NCBI RefSeq assembly: GCF_036321535.1
Contig: NC_087436.1
Span: forward strand, 14,074,001-14,138,000
Direction of reading: 5' to 3'
Length of the DNA: 64,000 nt
Source of the DNA: Camelus dromedarius
Taxonomy: Eukaryota
Shown here: positions 38,580-52,589 of the stretch, one piece after another
Layout of the letters: the number at the start of each line of letters is the position of its first letter
Position numbering within the stretch: the first letter of the stretch is position 1
Translations under genes and position numbers: made by a program
Notes under the pieces: generated by a model
The model's database searches: none
What the model was told of the DNA's origin: nothing
The model's input: only the letters and a program-made list of their open reading frames with translations

Positions 38580-39260
38580 TCTCCCAGCCCGGGAGACGGC
38601 TCCTTCCCTGGAGCCTATGTGTCTGGTTGGCAGGAAGCACCCCTTCCCACCGCCGCCCGGGAGGCCGGAGGCAGAGGGTTCAGCAATGACCTGGAACGGG
38701 GACAGACTGAGAGGGAAGGGGCGGAGCCCAGCGACCAGGCCCAGCCCCCAACCCCCAGCCCTGGGCGCTGGGCTTCTGCTTTCTGTCACCCCTCTGTTGC
38801 CAGAAAGTTCCACAGGGATCGGAAGGGCCAGGTGGGCGAGGAGGCAGTCAGGCAGCTGCAGGGCAGGCAGCGCTCCCAGGTGGCGCAGAGAGGAGGCGAG
38901 GAAACGCAGGCTGGGTGCTGAGACCACGGCAGACCGGCTGCCGGCTAATCCCCGTGAGAACCGTTTGCTCGGGGAGACAAGGGCAGGAGGGCAGGAGTCC
39001 AGGGGCCGGGGCCCTGGGTGCTGTCCCACGAGAGGGCTAATTCCTCCTCCCCGCCCAACCCTGCTCCGTGAGGGAGGGTCGTGGCCAGGCAGGCGACAGC
39101 CGGGAACCGGGAGGGGCATTGTCCTGGTGAGTGTCCCCAACCCTCTGTCCTCCAGAAACCCACAGCCAGTGTTCCCAGCTGCCGCCCGGCCCCACTGCCC
39201 CGGGTTCTGTCTAGAGACTTCTGGAGGGAAGGCAGGTGGTTCAGCTCAGTGCCGATGAAT
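38580..39260. promoter_or_regulatory. GC/CpG-rich island-like segment, candidate promoter and first exon
   Basis: High GC and CpG relative to flanks, GC boxes ggggcggag (~38718) and ccccgccc (~39049), CTCF-like ctcccaggtggcgca (38873-38887), strong donor CTG|GTGAGT at 39126/39127. Confidence 0.5.
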
Positions 39261-40225
39261 GCATTTGCTTTGAGCAAATGAGGAAACCTAAGGATGATGC
39301 AGTGAGCTTTTCAAAAACCTAAATGTATCCCACTTAAAGGTTGCTCTTATTCTAATTCAGGGTCCAGCCTTATGTTTTGATTCACTTTATTGATGGTGCC
39401 AGTAGGCGATCATTGTTGTGAACATCCTTACTGGCCAACTTGTCCATTTTTTTCTTTCGATTTTACTGGCCCATGAAAACCCAGACTGCTCAGGAGAAAA
39501 GCATCCCAGAGCATGTTTTTCTGGCCTGTTTCTTGTGTGAAGAAGAAACCTGTATTTTATTTCATAGTAAGAACACCTACTGTTCATATCATTTAGTCAT
39601 TCAGCAGACATTAAGTAAGCATCTACTATATGTTGGATAAAGACTTTGTCAAGATATAACATTTACTTGAATTTTTTTGAATATTTCAGAAATAAACAAT
39701 ATAAACCAAAAGTATTAAATGGGCATCCTATTTATCCCACATTTAATCTGTGATAAACTTAGCCAAAGCTTAGCCTCTAACATTGCAGCCAATTCCCACT
39801 GAGAAACTTCCTCTCTGATTATGAAGATTAGTTTTGTTCTCTTAGCAATTTTACTATTCAAAAAGGCATGAATCTAAATCCTTCCTGAGCTGAAGTGACT
39901 GCAGCAGCTCTCATTGCCTCTTCTTTTAGTTGCTATCTAGATTTGCCACTCCACTTACTTATTACTTACCTAGTAAATGAATGTGGTCGATTCATTCATC
40001 CATTAAAATGAGACTAGATTTCAAGGCTCGTTTGTTACTGCAGCACAACTTAGCCTATCCTGACTCACACAATGACTTACTAGTTCAAACTTCTTTCCCT
40101 CTGAGTGCTGAGTAGGGCTGACCTAAACTCTGGATGAAGTTAAGTTATTGCTTTAGGTGTGATTTAAAGGTTTCTCACCCCAAAGCACTTCTCTGTTGTC
40201 TCAGTTTCTACCTAAGGTAATTTGA

Positions 40226-40355
40226 GGGGGGAGGATATAGCTCATGGATAGAGTGTATGCTTAGCATACATGAGGTCCTGGGCTCAATTCTCAATACTGC
40301 CATTAAAATAAATAAATAAACCCAATTACCTCCCCCAAAACAAAACAAAAAACCC
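40226..40355 (+). mobile_element. tRNA-derived SINE (vic-1-like)
   Basis: A/B boxes and 'aataaataaacccaattacctccccc' tail. Confidence 0.9.
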
Positions 40356-40505
40356 CCACATTTGACCTCAGGCCTCTCCAGGCTTCCATTTCCTCAGTTG
40401 TGATGTGTCCTTTTTCACAGGGCTGTCATGAAAAATAAGTGATATAACTGTGTAAATCACCCATAGGATGCCTGCCACATGGTAATAATTCAATGGTAAT
40501 CGCAG

Positions 40506-41119
40506 TGTGTGTTAGCTTCCAAGGGCTGCCGTCACAGCACCACAAACTGAGTGGCTTAAAACAATAGAAACTGGGGGAGGGGAGGGTATAGTTCAGTGGT
40601 AGAGTGTGTGCTTAGCATGCAGGAGTTTCAATCCCCAGTTCCACCATTAAAAAGAAATTAAATAAATAAACTTAATTACCCCCCCACCGCCCAAAATAAA
40701 CCAACAATAGAAATGCAATCTTTTACAGTTCTGGAAGCAAGAAGTCAAAAATGAAGGTGTCAGCAGAGGTGGTTCCTTCTGAGTGCTGAGAGGGAACCTC
40801 TGTTCCAGGCCTCTCCCCCAGCTTCTGGCAGTTTGCTGCCCAGCACTGTTTCCACATTCCTTGGCTTGCAGCTCCATCACTCCAGTCTCTGTCTTTGCCA
40901 TCACATGGGTGCTCCTGTGTGCCTCTGTCATCACATGTCCATTTCCGTATAAGGACACCAGGCATATTGCAGTAGGGGTCCACCCCTCTCCACCTGACTT
41001 CATCGTATCTTGATGACATCTGCAGGAGCCCTGTTTCCAAATAAGGTCACATTCTGAGGTACTAGGAGGTAGGATTTCAACATACCTTTTTCTGCGGGAA
41101 CACAATTCAGCCCATGACA
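40506..41119 (-). mobile_element. MaLR LTR (MLT1C-like) with nested SINE
   Basis: 'caccacaaactgagtggcttaaaacaatagaaa', 'cagttctggaagcaagaagtc', 'tttccaaataaggtcacattctgaggtacta', 'cacaattcagcccatgaca'. Confidence 0.9.
40571..40702 (+). mobile_element. tRNA-derived SINE with TSD
   Basis: TSD aacaatagaaa at 40560-40570 and 40703-40713; small deletion before the B box. Confidence 0.9.
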
Positions 41120-41433
41120 CTGGAGGATAGGATTTTGTCGATTGTTATTGTCATTAACACTGTCTTCATCATTTTTTCTACTGCCCACTAACCTGGCGCT
41201 ATGCAAGGGGCACACCATCACCAGATGCTGGCTGAATGGCAGTTTCTCCAAGCAGTCCTGGCACAGTCCTCATCCTCGGGCTCCCCTCCATCTGAGCAAA
41301 GCACCCCTTGGCCAGAGCAAGTTACTCCTGCTCTCCTGACCCCGCCGCCACCCACAGCAAGCACCGCGCACTTTGCACCCTGCACCTTGCCACTCTCTGC
41401 CTCATCTTCACCCTTTCCCATCTTCTGCCACCT

Positions 41434-41449
41434 ACAGCAGGGGGCACCA
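41434..41449 (+). promoter_or_regulatory. CTCF-like motif
   Basis: ACAGCAGGGGGCACCA. Confidence 0.4.
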
Positions 41450-42307
41450 CACAAATGGAAGCAGACAGCTGCCTGACCTCACACACTGGCAGGGTGCCTA
41501 TGAAATGATGACACTGGCTCTGTGAACCTCCCAGGAAAGCGGCTTGCTGCTGCGCACACACTCTTCACACGGCGCTAAACCTGCCTGGTGCTCACCAGGC
41601 GTCCAGCTGCCGGAGGACATCCGCCAGGGCCAGTCCCTCCTGCAGGAATAACTTGTTTTTTTTTTTTGCCATCCCTGGCCTTCCTCAGGGTGGAGTGCCA
41701 ATTAATTTTCCTCTGTTTTGATTAATTTTTTTCTTTCCCAAATGGTTTTAAATGAGGGGAGTTTTACTAATTAAAGAAAGCCTGTGGTCTGTCCTGTAGA
41801 CAAGTATAAAATAATCACTCACTACAGTATCTTTGGCAAATCCAGATTTTAATATGTGGGATTGAGTCTGCTTAAAGTGGGAGGGCACCTGGGCATGGTT
41901 CTGCAGCTTACAGGCTTGGGTGTGCCCGTCAGAGCCTGGCGAAGTGACGACAGGCACATTTGGGCCATTGATTTCTGACTTCTGTCAGGGCCTGTCTCGC
42001 AGGATGGTTTGCTACCTGGGACTTGGTCTCCTCCCTCCCTAGAGGGCAGCCACAGTGGGCCTGTGACACCTGGGGTCACTCTGCAGCATCCGACGGGCCC
42101 TTCCCCGGAGACTGCGGACTCCCAGGAAGCAGTGTGGCTGTGGATCCCGAACCTGGTCCTCTATCCCTGACGTCTGTGCCTCATCCTGCATCGGGGTGGC
42201 TGACCTCAGGAGCTGAATGGCTGAGTTTGGAAGAATTTTCCTGACTACATGTATGACCCTGGCTTGGAGTGGAGGGGGAATGTGAAGGGAAGTTCTTTGC
42301 CTCTTTT

Positions 42308-42562
42308 TAGAATTGCCAGATTTAGCAAATAAAAAAGACACAAGACACCCAGTTAAACTAGATAACATCAAATAATATCTTAATTTTTTACCGTCCTAAC
42401 CATGTTTAAATGTTTAGTCTAGTAGTGTTTAGCATATTCACATCACAACAAATAATTTTTAAGTATAAATATGTCCCAGTCAACATTAAAATAATACAAA
42501 TAATTTTTTGTTTATCTGAAATTCAAACTTCACTGGGCATCCTGTATTTTATTTGGCAACCC
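42308..42562. mobile_element. MER53-like hAT MITE
   Basis: Inverted termini 'ttgccagatttagcaaataaaa' and 'ttttatttggcaacc'; internal 'ttatctgaaattcaaact'. Confidence 0.75.
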
Positions 42563-45189
42563 GACCGTATTTGCCCTGGCTTGTTTTGTTTGTTTGTGTG
42601 TTTATTTGTTTGTATAATCAGTTCCTTGTCTCTGCAAAGAGAAAGGATCCTCAGGGAATTGAAGCCGACCTGCCTTATAAGCTCTAAAGGTAAGAGGCTG
42701 GCAGCCTGGGACACATATACTGAAAGCTTAGAAGGTTGAGACCCTGAACAAAATCATAAAGCAGGCACAGTGTATCTTTGGCACTTCTGGTTTCTCTGTA
42801 GTGTCCACCTGTCACCCTGTCCCTCCCTGGGCAGCCATCTTCCAGGTTATTAACTCATCCTAGCCAAGCACCAACTGATAAAGATAACGTGTTAGCTGCT
42901 GGTATGTTTACAGAGTGACCTCCTCTGAGTCATACTTTATTTTTTCCCCCAGTGGACTCAAATGATCAAAAAAGAAGGGTGGTGACCAAACAGAGTGGCA
43001 GCTGTTGCTTGTGTGGGGTGGGCCTGCCCAGCCTGGGGCCACGGAGCCCAAGATGCCCATAACCCCTCACCTCTGCCGAGACCCCTCGCCTAGTAGGTTT
43101 TCTAAAAGAAAGCAATTATTTGCAAGAAGCTCTTCAAGGATTCCTTGCTTAATAGCAATTCAAATCCCCCGTGGTGTTCTATTTTTATAGCCCCTAGATT
43201 CTCAGAGTGGAGATATTCAGGAAAAGGAAACCCCAAATGAGAAATCCTTAGGGAGTAGATAGTTCCAGTCTAACTTAGTGCAAACCACTTGTGGCCCAGA
43301 GGCACGGAGACCGAGACAAGAAGAGCTTTCTCCTCATTTCTGTGCTTGGCGTCCTGGTTAGGAAACACCTGCCCAGCTGAGCGGTCCCAGTGTACTCAGA
43401 TACGTGTCGAGCTGGTGATGGACAGTGTGTTAGGCACCATTAAAATACACACAGTCACCCACCTGCACAACCCATTTGTACCTTTCAGGACTTTTCTTGT
43501 AACCAATTACAGTTTTAACAAAATGAACCATGTAAACATCTCAATAGGTTTCTAATGAAAATTCAGTTCAAAATACATTGAGCACAGCCACATGCTCGAC
43601 CATGTGATAGAAGCTTGTGGTCCAATGGCAAAGATTGACAACAGCACCACCAATCACAGCCCAGAGTGGGTTGTTCTGTGGGAGAGGTGGGCACAGGATG
43701 GGTAGGAATACAGAGGACGGCTGTCACCCAAGCTGGGTATGGGTGCGCTGGGAGAGGTGGGCAAAGAAGGCTTCCTGATGGAAGTGATTCCTGGCAAGGA
43801 AAGAACCAGTGGCAAGTTAAACCAAGGCATCTCTTCTTTGGCAGAGAGCAGACTACAACAGAGAGCAACCTGAATGAGGGCTAACATCAGTCAGTAGAGA
43901 TTTGGCTTACCACGACCACAGGCTCAGCTCTACTGACTCAACTCTTCTGGCCCCAGATTTTCCTTTGAGTCACCCTCGAGTGAACCCTACCAGCCATAAG
44001 TAGACAGGGAAGTGGAATCCCCTTTCTTAAGCTTTCTATTTTTTTCGTTTCAGCCAAGCAGTTAATTAATTTTGGGAAATTTCCAGAGGGATTCTGGCCC
44101 TTTCATCCAAACTTCAATTAGTGAAAAGTTTCTCTGAGGTTGTTCTCCAGAGCATTCAGATTGATTCTTTCTTATTTTAACACTGAATGGACTGTCTTTG
44201 AGACATACGGCGTAGGGGTTCTGCTTGTTTGCTGGTTTCCACATTCTGCAGCTCAGCTGTAACTAAGGCTTTTGACCACAAACCGGGCTTTCAATGCCAC
44301 TTCTGCTCAAGGGCCTGGTCATAAAGACTGTTCTTGGCTCAAAGAGGCCATGCTCCACCCCAGCTTCGATGGCCATTGCCTCTGGCAGCCATGTCAACAT
44401 TCATTCTGTTTGCCCGCTTAATTCACACGTGGAGGACATTGCAACCCAACTAAAATATCCGAAACTGAGTCAGTGATTCTTGGGGAAGTTTACATGATAA
44501 AACTTCCAAGCAAACCTACTAAGGAGCAATGTCAAGGAGGAGGCATAAATCCAGGAGCAGCTCAGTCCAAGGAAGAACAGATGGGGACCCTTCTGGATGA
44601 GGGGCCCCTGCAGGCATTATTCGGCTCCGAATGTCACCAGATATATTTAGTTTCAGAAGATTTGCTTGAGGGATACAATGACTAGATACATCAAAACTTA
44701 AGGAGAATGACTAAGAATAGCTTGGAGCAGACAGAGACTATCTTTAGACTGAGCATATCTGCTGAAGCATGTGGCATTACAGTATCTGTAGCTTCTCTGA
44801 GGTTCAAGTGTCATGGGTTCTGCAATTGCCTTCCTCAGTTACTCAGTCAGGATACTCATACCCTGTCCTCTTCTCCCCTGCCCTCCCTCCGCTCCATCTC
44901 TTCCCTCTTCCTCTTTGCTTCCCTCTGTCACTCACACGGTTCCCACCCCTCCTCCTACTCGTTGTGGAAATGGGTCACACTGTAGCCCCTGCGTGGCTTA
45001 GATATGATTGAGTTTGCCTTTACTGTATCAATCATGTACCTTATCTACCTCACCAAGAAGACAAGACCCAGAACCATAACTCTCAGGTCAATGAGGCCAA
45101 ATTCAAACCAAGAGGCTCAAGGAGATTGAAAGAGAGTTTTGTGAAGTCCAGCTTGGGCTGGAAAATGTATCAAATAAAAAAGAAATGTT

Positions 45190-45308
45190 ATTTTGGGGGG
45201 GTTTAAGTTTGTTTGTTTGTTTATTTAATGGAGGTACTGGGGACTGAGCCCAGGACCTCAGGCATGCTAAGCACATATTCTGCCACTGAGTTAGGCTGTC
45301 CTCTACCC
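45190..45308 (-). mobile_element. tRNA-derived SINE (vic-1-like)
   Basis: 'ggaggtactggggactgagcccaggacctcaggcatgctaagcacatattctgccactgag'. Confidence 0.9.
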
Positions 45309-46299
45309 AAGAAATATTTTTATATCTCGGAAACAAACAAATTTTAGATAATTAAAGGGATAGGAGTCCTGCCAGACAGACAGGTGTATTGCTGGTGCTA
45401 GTTTGAGGCTTCCTGTTCTGAAAAACAAATCTTCATACAATGTTCCTTTACATAATCATTGTAATTCTTTTCTCTCTACCACTCTCAAACCCTTCCAGCC
45501 AGGAGGTGTAGATTCCACTGCTTCCCTTTCCCTACCACCATTCTCTCCTGAAACCTGATAAAATAGCACCCTCAGGCGTCTCTCACTTCTAGATCCTATG
45601 TGCAGATCTGGTCATTTCTCTTTCTTTTTTGCTTTCCTTGATGGAAACCAATGGTCATCAACATCTCTTTGATGCTGTTTCCGCTCTTGGTTTCTATGTC
45701 AAAACCATTCTCAGTTCTGCTGCTACCTCTCTGGGGTTTCATCTCCACACACACACAGACACACACAGACACACACACACACTTTTAGTCAATATGGTGT
45801 ACTGGTTTGGCAGAGAAGTATCTGCTTACTTCAAATACAGACAAATTCTGGACTATTACCAGATTAAATACATATCTAATATATCAAGGCTTCCAGAAAT
45901 GAAATGAGATTTTGTTCAAAGCCAGAACAGTAAGCAGGAGCTGAAACAAAAATAGCTCATAGGGATATCAGAATGGGATTTGAGCCTTAACCACAAGAAG
46001 CCGAGGTTTAACTCTTGCAAATCCAAGCCCTATACCCAGTGTGCAAAGGGAATTGGAACTGAGGTATCTGAATAAAATCAAGATTCAACAATGGCCACTT
46101 ATCATGAAAGAGATGAGAAAAACTCCACCGACTACGGTAATGTCAAGAAAACTCGCTTTCCACCTGGGCCTGTGGGTAGAAAGGTCATCATTCACAAAAA
46201 TTAGATCCCAGATCAGTGCTAGCCAGCTGTGATGTAGGGGGCACAAACCAAGAGATTAACATTAAAAATTGCTCCAGAATCCATTATTCAGGAGAGGCA

Positions 46300-49200
46300 A
46301 AGGAGAGACCGGCTTCTAAAAATGCTTCTGTAACCCAGTGCCTGTGGAATTTCTACAAAATAAAAATTCCTAAAGGTTCCTAAGATCATCAAGAGCTAGA
46401 AATCACACAAGGAAACAAACCACCATGGGAAGAGTCAGGAATTATAATAAAAAGAAAAAATCTGAAAAAGTCTTTAAAATAATTATGTTTAAAATATTGA
46501 AAGAATATTGAATGTAATAAGGTGAGCGTCTAAAAAGGAGTGACATATTTCTTTAAAAATTAATCATTTAAAAATCATCATTATTGATAATTCAAACATC
46601 AATGTACAGATGGGACTGGAGGCTGGGTACAGTCAAAGAGAGAATCATTTTGAAGATAAATCTCTATCACCCAGAATACAGCACAGAGACGGAGAGATTA
46701 AAAAAGAAAAGAAAATTTAAGAGACCAAGCATCTATAATAAAAAGCTTGAACATGTTCCAAGGGAAAGAATGGAAGAGAGATAATATTCAAATAGTTGAC
46801 AATATTCCAGAAATGAAGAATGATAATATTCTTAAATTCAAACAAAAGCTATATTATAATTTGGATAAATAAGAACAAATCCCTCTTGCAGACACAGTAT
46901 TTAAAGCTCGGAACAAACACAAAGAAAAATTATAAAAGCTCCTAAAGAGTTAAGACAGATGTTAAAAAATAAGACAATTAGAATGATAGTTGGCTTTTCA
47001 TAAGTGATAATAGATTCAACAGAACAAAAAATTTTTATCTTCAAAAAACAGGAAAAAAATTCCAACTAGAATTTTGTAGCAGCTAATGTATTGTTCAGGG
47101 CTGAGAAAAAATTCAGACATTCAGAGATTTAGAGACTTTACTAGCTGTGATTAGCAAAGAACTACTAAATGACACACATCATCAAGAAAGAAATTAAAAG
47201 CAGAAGAAGGTACAGGATGCAAAGACTAAAAAGGAAGAAATAAATTTTAATACACTTGTTGGAAAATTTAAATAAGACTTTAAAATTTAAAAAGGAGAGG
47301 GTGGGACGAGGGGAAATTGGACAAAGGCAGTCAATAGGTACAAAATTTTAGTTATAGGGTAAGTGCTAGGGATGAAATGTACAATATGATAAACATAATT
47401 AACACTTCTGTATATATTATGAAAGTTGTTAAGAGAATAAATTGTAAGACTTCCCATCACTAGGAAAAAAAATTTCTATTTCTTTGATTTTATATCTATA
47501 GGAGATGATGGATGTTCACTAAACTTATTGTGGCAATCATTTCATGATGTAAGTCAAATCTTTATGCTGTACACCTTAAACCCATACAGTATTGTATGTC
47601 AATTATATCTCAATAAAACTGAGATATAATTATTTATTTAAAAATAAAATTAAAAATATAAATTTGAAAGAAAATTTCCTTTAGGAAGAAAGAAAAGGAA
47701 TAAATTAAATACCATCAATCCAAAAGGAGACAGATAAGAAAAATAAATAAATAAATAAAAACCACTAAGCAATATGGAAGGCATAAGGCATTAGATATCA
47801 CTAATCATAATCTCAGTAACACCAAACTAACCAGTTAAAACATAAAGACAAGTGATGGAAACACACACACACACACACACACAAAACAAGCAACAAAAAA
47901 AGAAATTCATGCTCATAAGAGTCACACTCAAAACAAACTGACAGAAAAAGCTTAAATATAATGGCAGGGGAAAATCTATAGCACAAAACTACTAATCAAA
48001 AGAAAGATGATGTAGTAATTTTAAGATTAGATAATATATAATTTGGGAAAACAAATATCAGTAGGATTAAGGAAGAGCACTACATATTAGTTAAGAGAAA
48101 AGAAAGTAAGAAACAAATCTCAACATCACTAATCATTAAGGAAATGTAAATCAAAACCACAGTGATACCACTTCACATCTGTCAGACAGCTCTCATCAAA
48201 AGGTAACAAATAACAAGTGTTGTCAAGAATGTGGAGAAAAGGGAATTCTCACGTACTGTTGGTGGCATTGTAAATTGGTACGGACACTATGGAATACAGT
48301 TTGGACGTTCATCAAAAAATTAAAAATAAATCTAACATATGATCCAGTAATTTCACTTCTGGGTATTTACAAAAAGAAAACAAAAACACTAATTTGAGAA
48401 AATATATGCACTTCAGTGTTCATTGCATCCAACATACAGAAGTAATCTAAGTGTCCATCAATAGATGAATGGATAAAGAAGATGTGACATATGTATATAT
48501 ATATATAACGGAATACTACTCAGCCATAAAAAAGAATGAAATTTTGCCATTTGCAAGAATATAGATGGACCTAGAGAGTATTATGCTAAATGAATAAGTC
48601 AGACAATGACAAATATTGTATGATTTCACTTATATGTGGAATCTGAAAAACAAAGAAACAAACAAAACAAAATGAAGATAGATTCATAGATAGAACAAAT
48701 GGTGGTAGTCAGGGGGGCAGGGGAAGGGAGAGGGAAAAATAGGTGAAAAGCATTAAAAGACATGAACCTCCAGTTATAAAATAAATAAGCCACAGGGATA
48801 TCATATATAGCATAAGGAGTATGGTCAATAATGTTGTAATAACTTTGTATGGAGATAGATAGTCACTAGGCTTATCACGGTGAGCATTCCATAATGTATG
48901 CAAATGTCAAATCACTAGGTAGTACACCTGAAACTGACATGTTATACATCAACTACATTTCAATTAAAAAGAAATAATTCACTTAAAGATATAACAATCG
49001 TAAGCCTATGTGAACCTAACAATATAACTTTGAAAATGTATGAAGCAGAAATCAAGCAAATTACAAGGAAAAAAAGGATCTCTTAAAAACTGCTGGACTG
49101 AGATAAAAGGGCATGGTATCTGCAACTTACTCACAAATGATTCAGAAAATAAATTAGATCTTACTCTAAACCTAGGCATATGTATGACACATTGTCTCAA

Positions 49201-49340
49201 TATTGTCAATATTTCAACAGTATCCCCAAATGATCTATGGGTTTAATAAAGTATCAATCAAGTGCCAATAGATGTGTGTGTGTGTCTGTGACAGAGACAG
49301 AGAGAGGGAGAATTGGCAAGTTGATTATAAAATTCATGTG
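46300..49340 (+). mobile_element. Decayed L1 cluster (old ORF1/ORF2) with nested younger L1 3' ends at ~47290-47625 and ~48105-48975
   Basis: 'caacatcactaatcattaaggaaatgtaaatcaaaaccacagtga', 'ggaatactactcagccataaaaaagaatgaaattttgccatttgca', 'gtatgtcaattatatctcaataaaactg'. Confidence 0.88.
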
Positions 49341-49344
49341 ATCT

Positions 49345-49385
49345 GGGGAGGATATAGCTCAGTGGTAGAGTATGTGCTTAGCATG
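49345..49385 (+). mobile_element. 5' 41-bp fragment of tRNA-derived SINE (no B box or tail)
   Basis: 'ggggaggatatagctcagtggtagagtatgtgcttagcatg' followed by unrelated sequence. Confidence 0.85.
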
Positions 49386-49994
49386 TCATTTTGTTTCAAA
49401 GGAAAATGAGCCTCTACAGAAAGAAATCTGTTGAGGTAAACAAACAAACAAACAAACAAACAAACAAATAAACAAATAAATAAAGGAAATGGCCAGACTT
49501 CAAGAGAGTTTTTGAATTTGGATGGGGAGGTAGGTGGTGTGGGACAAGGAGGAAGTCTTGCAGGATCCTCTATCCTTTTTAAAATCCAAGCTCCCCTACT
49601 CTCTACTGCTAAAGCCAAGGCTGAGGCTGGAGGCATTGACAATGGACATCCTGAGGGACTCTTCAGAGGGTCCCTCAGAAGAGTGGCAGGTGCATCTGAG
49701 CCACAGAAAGAAGGGGAACAAATGGCAAGAAAATAAAAGTCAACGTGTTGAATTCTGTGAATCAGTGGGAGAAATGATTTATTGCTCTCGGCAATGAGCA
49801 TGTCAACCAGGGTGTCGGGGTAGATCACAGAGTACATACCAGTGTGGACGAAACTCCCCAAGAGAGGGAAGAGCAAAAGGATTCAGTCTACAGCCAAGAC
49901 AGGGCTCCTCCCCTGGCCACCATTGGCTGAAGTCTCAAAATATCCTGGTGGAGTGGGATTGGGAGTTCTCATCACCACCGGAGTCATCATCAAC

Positions 49995-50180
49995 AGCTAA
50001 CTGTGCTAAATGTTCTACATACAGTTCTCATTTAATCTGCAGTAGTCCTACACATGGGAACTAGTACTATTATTATCCCTGTTTTACATATGAGGAAACT
50101 GAGGCTTAGAGAGGTGACATAATTTACTCCAGGTCAAAACAACTAGTTAACACCAGGACAACTTCCTGGTTATACCTGTC
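49995..50180 (-). mobile_element. MIR SINE
   Basis: 'tattatccctgttttacatatgaggaaactgaggcttagagaggt'. Confidence 0.88.
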
Positions 50181-52589
50181 TGATCTGTCACCACACCCCA
50201 CCTGTAGAAGTTCGTCCAGCCCCGTGGAGGTGTGGACACCTCTGAGACTGTTGCCAGTCCAGGATCCTGGCACTGAAGTAGGAAGGTAACTGGGTCTGAA
50301 GGTGAGGGCCGGATCATGTCTGGTACTTGAGGTGTCTACAGTCCTGGCGATGGAGGTTCACCTGGCCAGTTAGTGGCAGAGCTGCACTAGAACTTCTCTG
50401 TTGTTGTGTCCTGAGCTTTGATTTAAAAAAAAGGAAAAGGGAAAGAAAAGAAAATAGGCAGAGGCTTGGTCCTGGAAGGTTGGATTTCAAATTGATTGTC
50501 TCTACAGTTGGTACATAAAGGGAAGCTGGGGCAAAGGGCACTCGCGGGCACATGGGGAGAAGGTATCAAGGACGGGAAGTGACCCTGCTCATAGAGGAAA
50601 CTTGCCAACAGATGCTGCCTCAAGTTAGCCAATTACACTTAAAACGTCAAACAGGACTGATGAGAAGTTTTTGTGCTTAAGATAAAAGGAAGAGATCGTG
50701 CAGAATCAAATACTACAATTCCAGAAAACACACACACATGCACCTTGTTATCACAGAGAAAGGCTGGGAAAGGAGAGGGAGGACGAGACCATTTTCTTGA
50801 AATAAATGGACCAATTGTACATTCTCAGCCTCCCAACTCTCTGCTTTTAGCCTAAGAAACCACGGAGCCCCTGCCTGTGGCTCTCCGGAGTAGTCCCCGA
50901 ACCCTCTCTCCAAACTCTGGATGTGCTGGTGTGGAACTTAGCTTATGGGAGTGACATGGGGAAAACCAAAATATGGATTTATGGTGGTCACCAAGTCAAC
51001 CTAAATGGTATTTCTAAATATTTACCAGTTGCTTGCTATCAATCACTCAGCTCCTAAGTGAATCCAAAGCAGATCTATTTTGTCTTCCATGGCATGAATG
51101 GAAAACCAGATTCCAATACAAAAGTCGTTTAACAGTTGAACAGGTGTATCTGTAGGAAAATTCATCCCTCACTTTGCGTTAAGGTTAAGGTAAGTCCAAG
51201 TCATGACTGTTATTGATATAATTTTTGAAGTTACATACAAGTCATAAACTGCCAAACTACTCCCATGAGAAGGCTCCACTCCTGGGATTAGAGACCGCCT
51301 GGATTGGAAGTGAGCAGGCATTGAAAGGCGTCACATTCCTGCCTTCACCCGCCCCCTATGCCCTCCCCATCTAAATCCCACCCTTTCCTCCCCGCCCAGC
51401 TTCACTCCCACCCCCTCTGTGGAGCTTCCCCAGGACGGAAATTTAGTCATTGCCTCTGAGGTGAGGCCACCGACCTAGAAATGAAAGATGGGAGAGAAGG
51501 TTGAACAGAAAGGGCACCTGATGGAATCAGAAAAGGATGTACTTTTTTGTACGAATGTTATTTTGATTTAAAAAAAAAGTTAACCATGGTCACGTTAAGT
51601 GATGGCTCGGTGATGTTTTGATTGTAAACAGAAAAGCAGACACAGGGTCTACAATCTCATAATATTTCTGTTCTAAGTGGCTATTCGATGATCCTTTCAA
51701 AGTCCTCCTAGAATGTCAGGATTCCTAAATGTCCTTGCAGACTTCTAGGTGTATACGGCCTACAGTTTGACAAACACTGCCGTGGATCACAGTTTTTAAA
51801 CCCCACTGGGATCAGGGATTACAGTGGAGCGCAGTGGTGTTACAGACACCAGTAGGTTGACACAGATCGTGTGGCTGGTGCGTCAGAGCAGTGCGGGGCA
51901 GGGGCTCAGCCTCTCCCATGGAGCCCTGCCCCTCTGAGAGTCAGATGTCTTCCTGCAGTGACACCACCGCACAGGCTCTTTCTTATGCCTTCCTCTTTCT
52001 GCAGGATGGGACAAAGACTCCCATCTAATTCCACACAAGGAAGTGAAAACAGGCCAAGGCCACATTGTTACGTGGGCCAGGTTAGAGCTAAGTCTGTCTC
52101 ACCTTCAAGCTTGAGAGTCTTAACTTGCCGTAATAAAAGCAATTTCATCCTCTCCAGGTATTGCCTTGCTCAATGTCATGCCTCTCAGGGAAAAACCAAC
52201 CAAAGGAAAAAGCTCTTCTTCCTGTTTCCAACTCCAGGGGTTTTGTTTGTTTGTTTGTTTTAAAATAAGGTAGAGGTTTAATGTCTGTCTGTTAACAGTC
52301 TGAGTGTGAGGAGCCCCGTATGGACGTGGAAGTCCCACGGTGGCAGGGACCCGGGCATTTCTATTCGTGTTTTTGACCTCCAAGTTTAACATACTGAGCG
52401 TCCAGCTTTACCCGCCCTCCTAGCCGAGGAGCGTGGAACTGGAGGTCTGAGAGAGATGAGATCATCCGCCTTCACCCACCGGCGCTGAATGCTTCCAGGA
52501 ATGCCCAGCCAGTCTGTGCACTCCATTGTTGGAGAGGAGAGGAGTGCTGTCCCGAGAAACGTGTTTGCTGGTCAGCACAATGGTGACTC

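Noticed and set aside
38568..39281. Overlapping 110-213 aa ORFs
   Set aside because: Expected from stop-codon scarcity in GC-rich DNA; low-complexity Pro/Gly/Arg content and no recognisable domain
49651..49678. Hairpin CTGAGGGACTCT-TCAG-AGGGTCCCTCAG
   Set aside because: Too short for a pre-miRNA and plausible by chance in 64 kb
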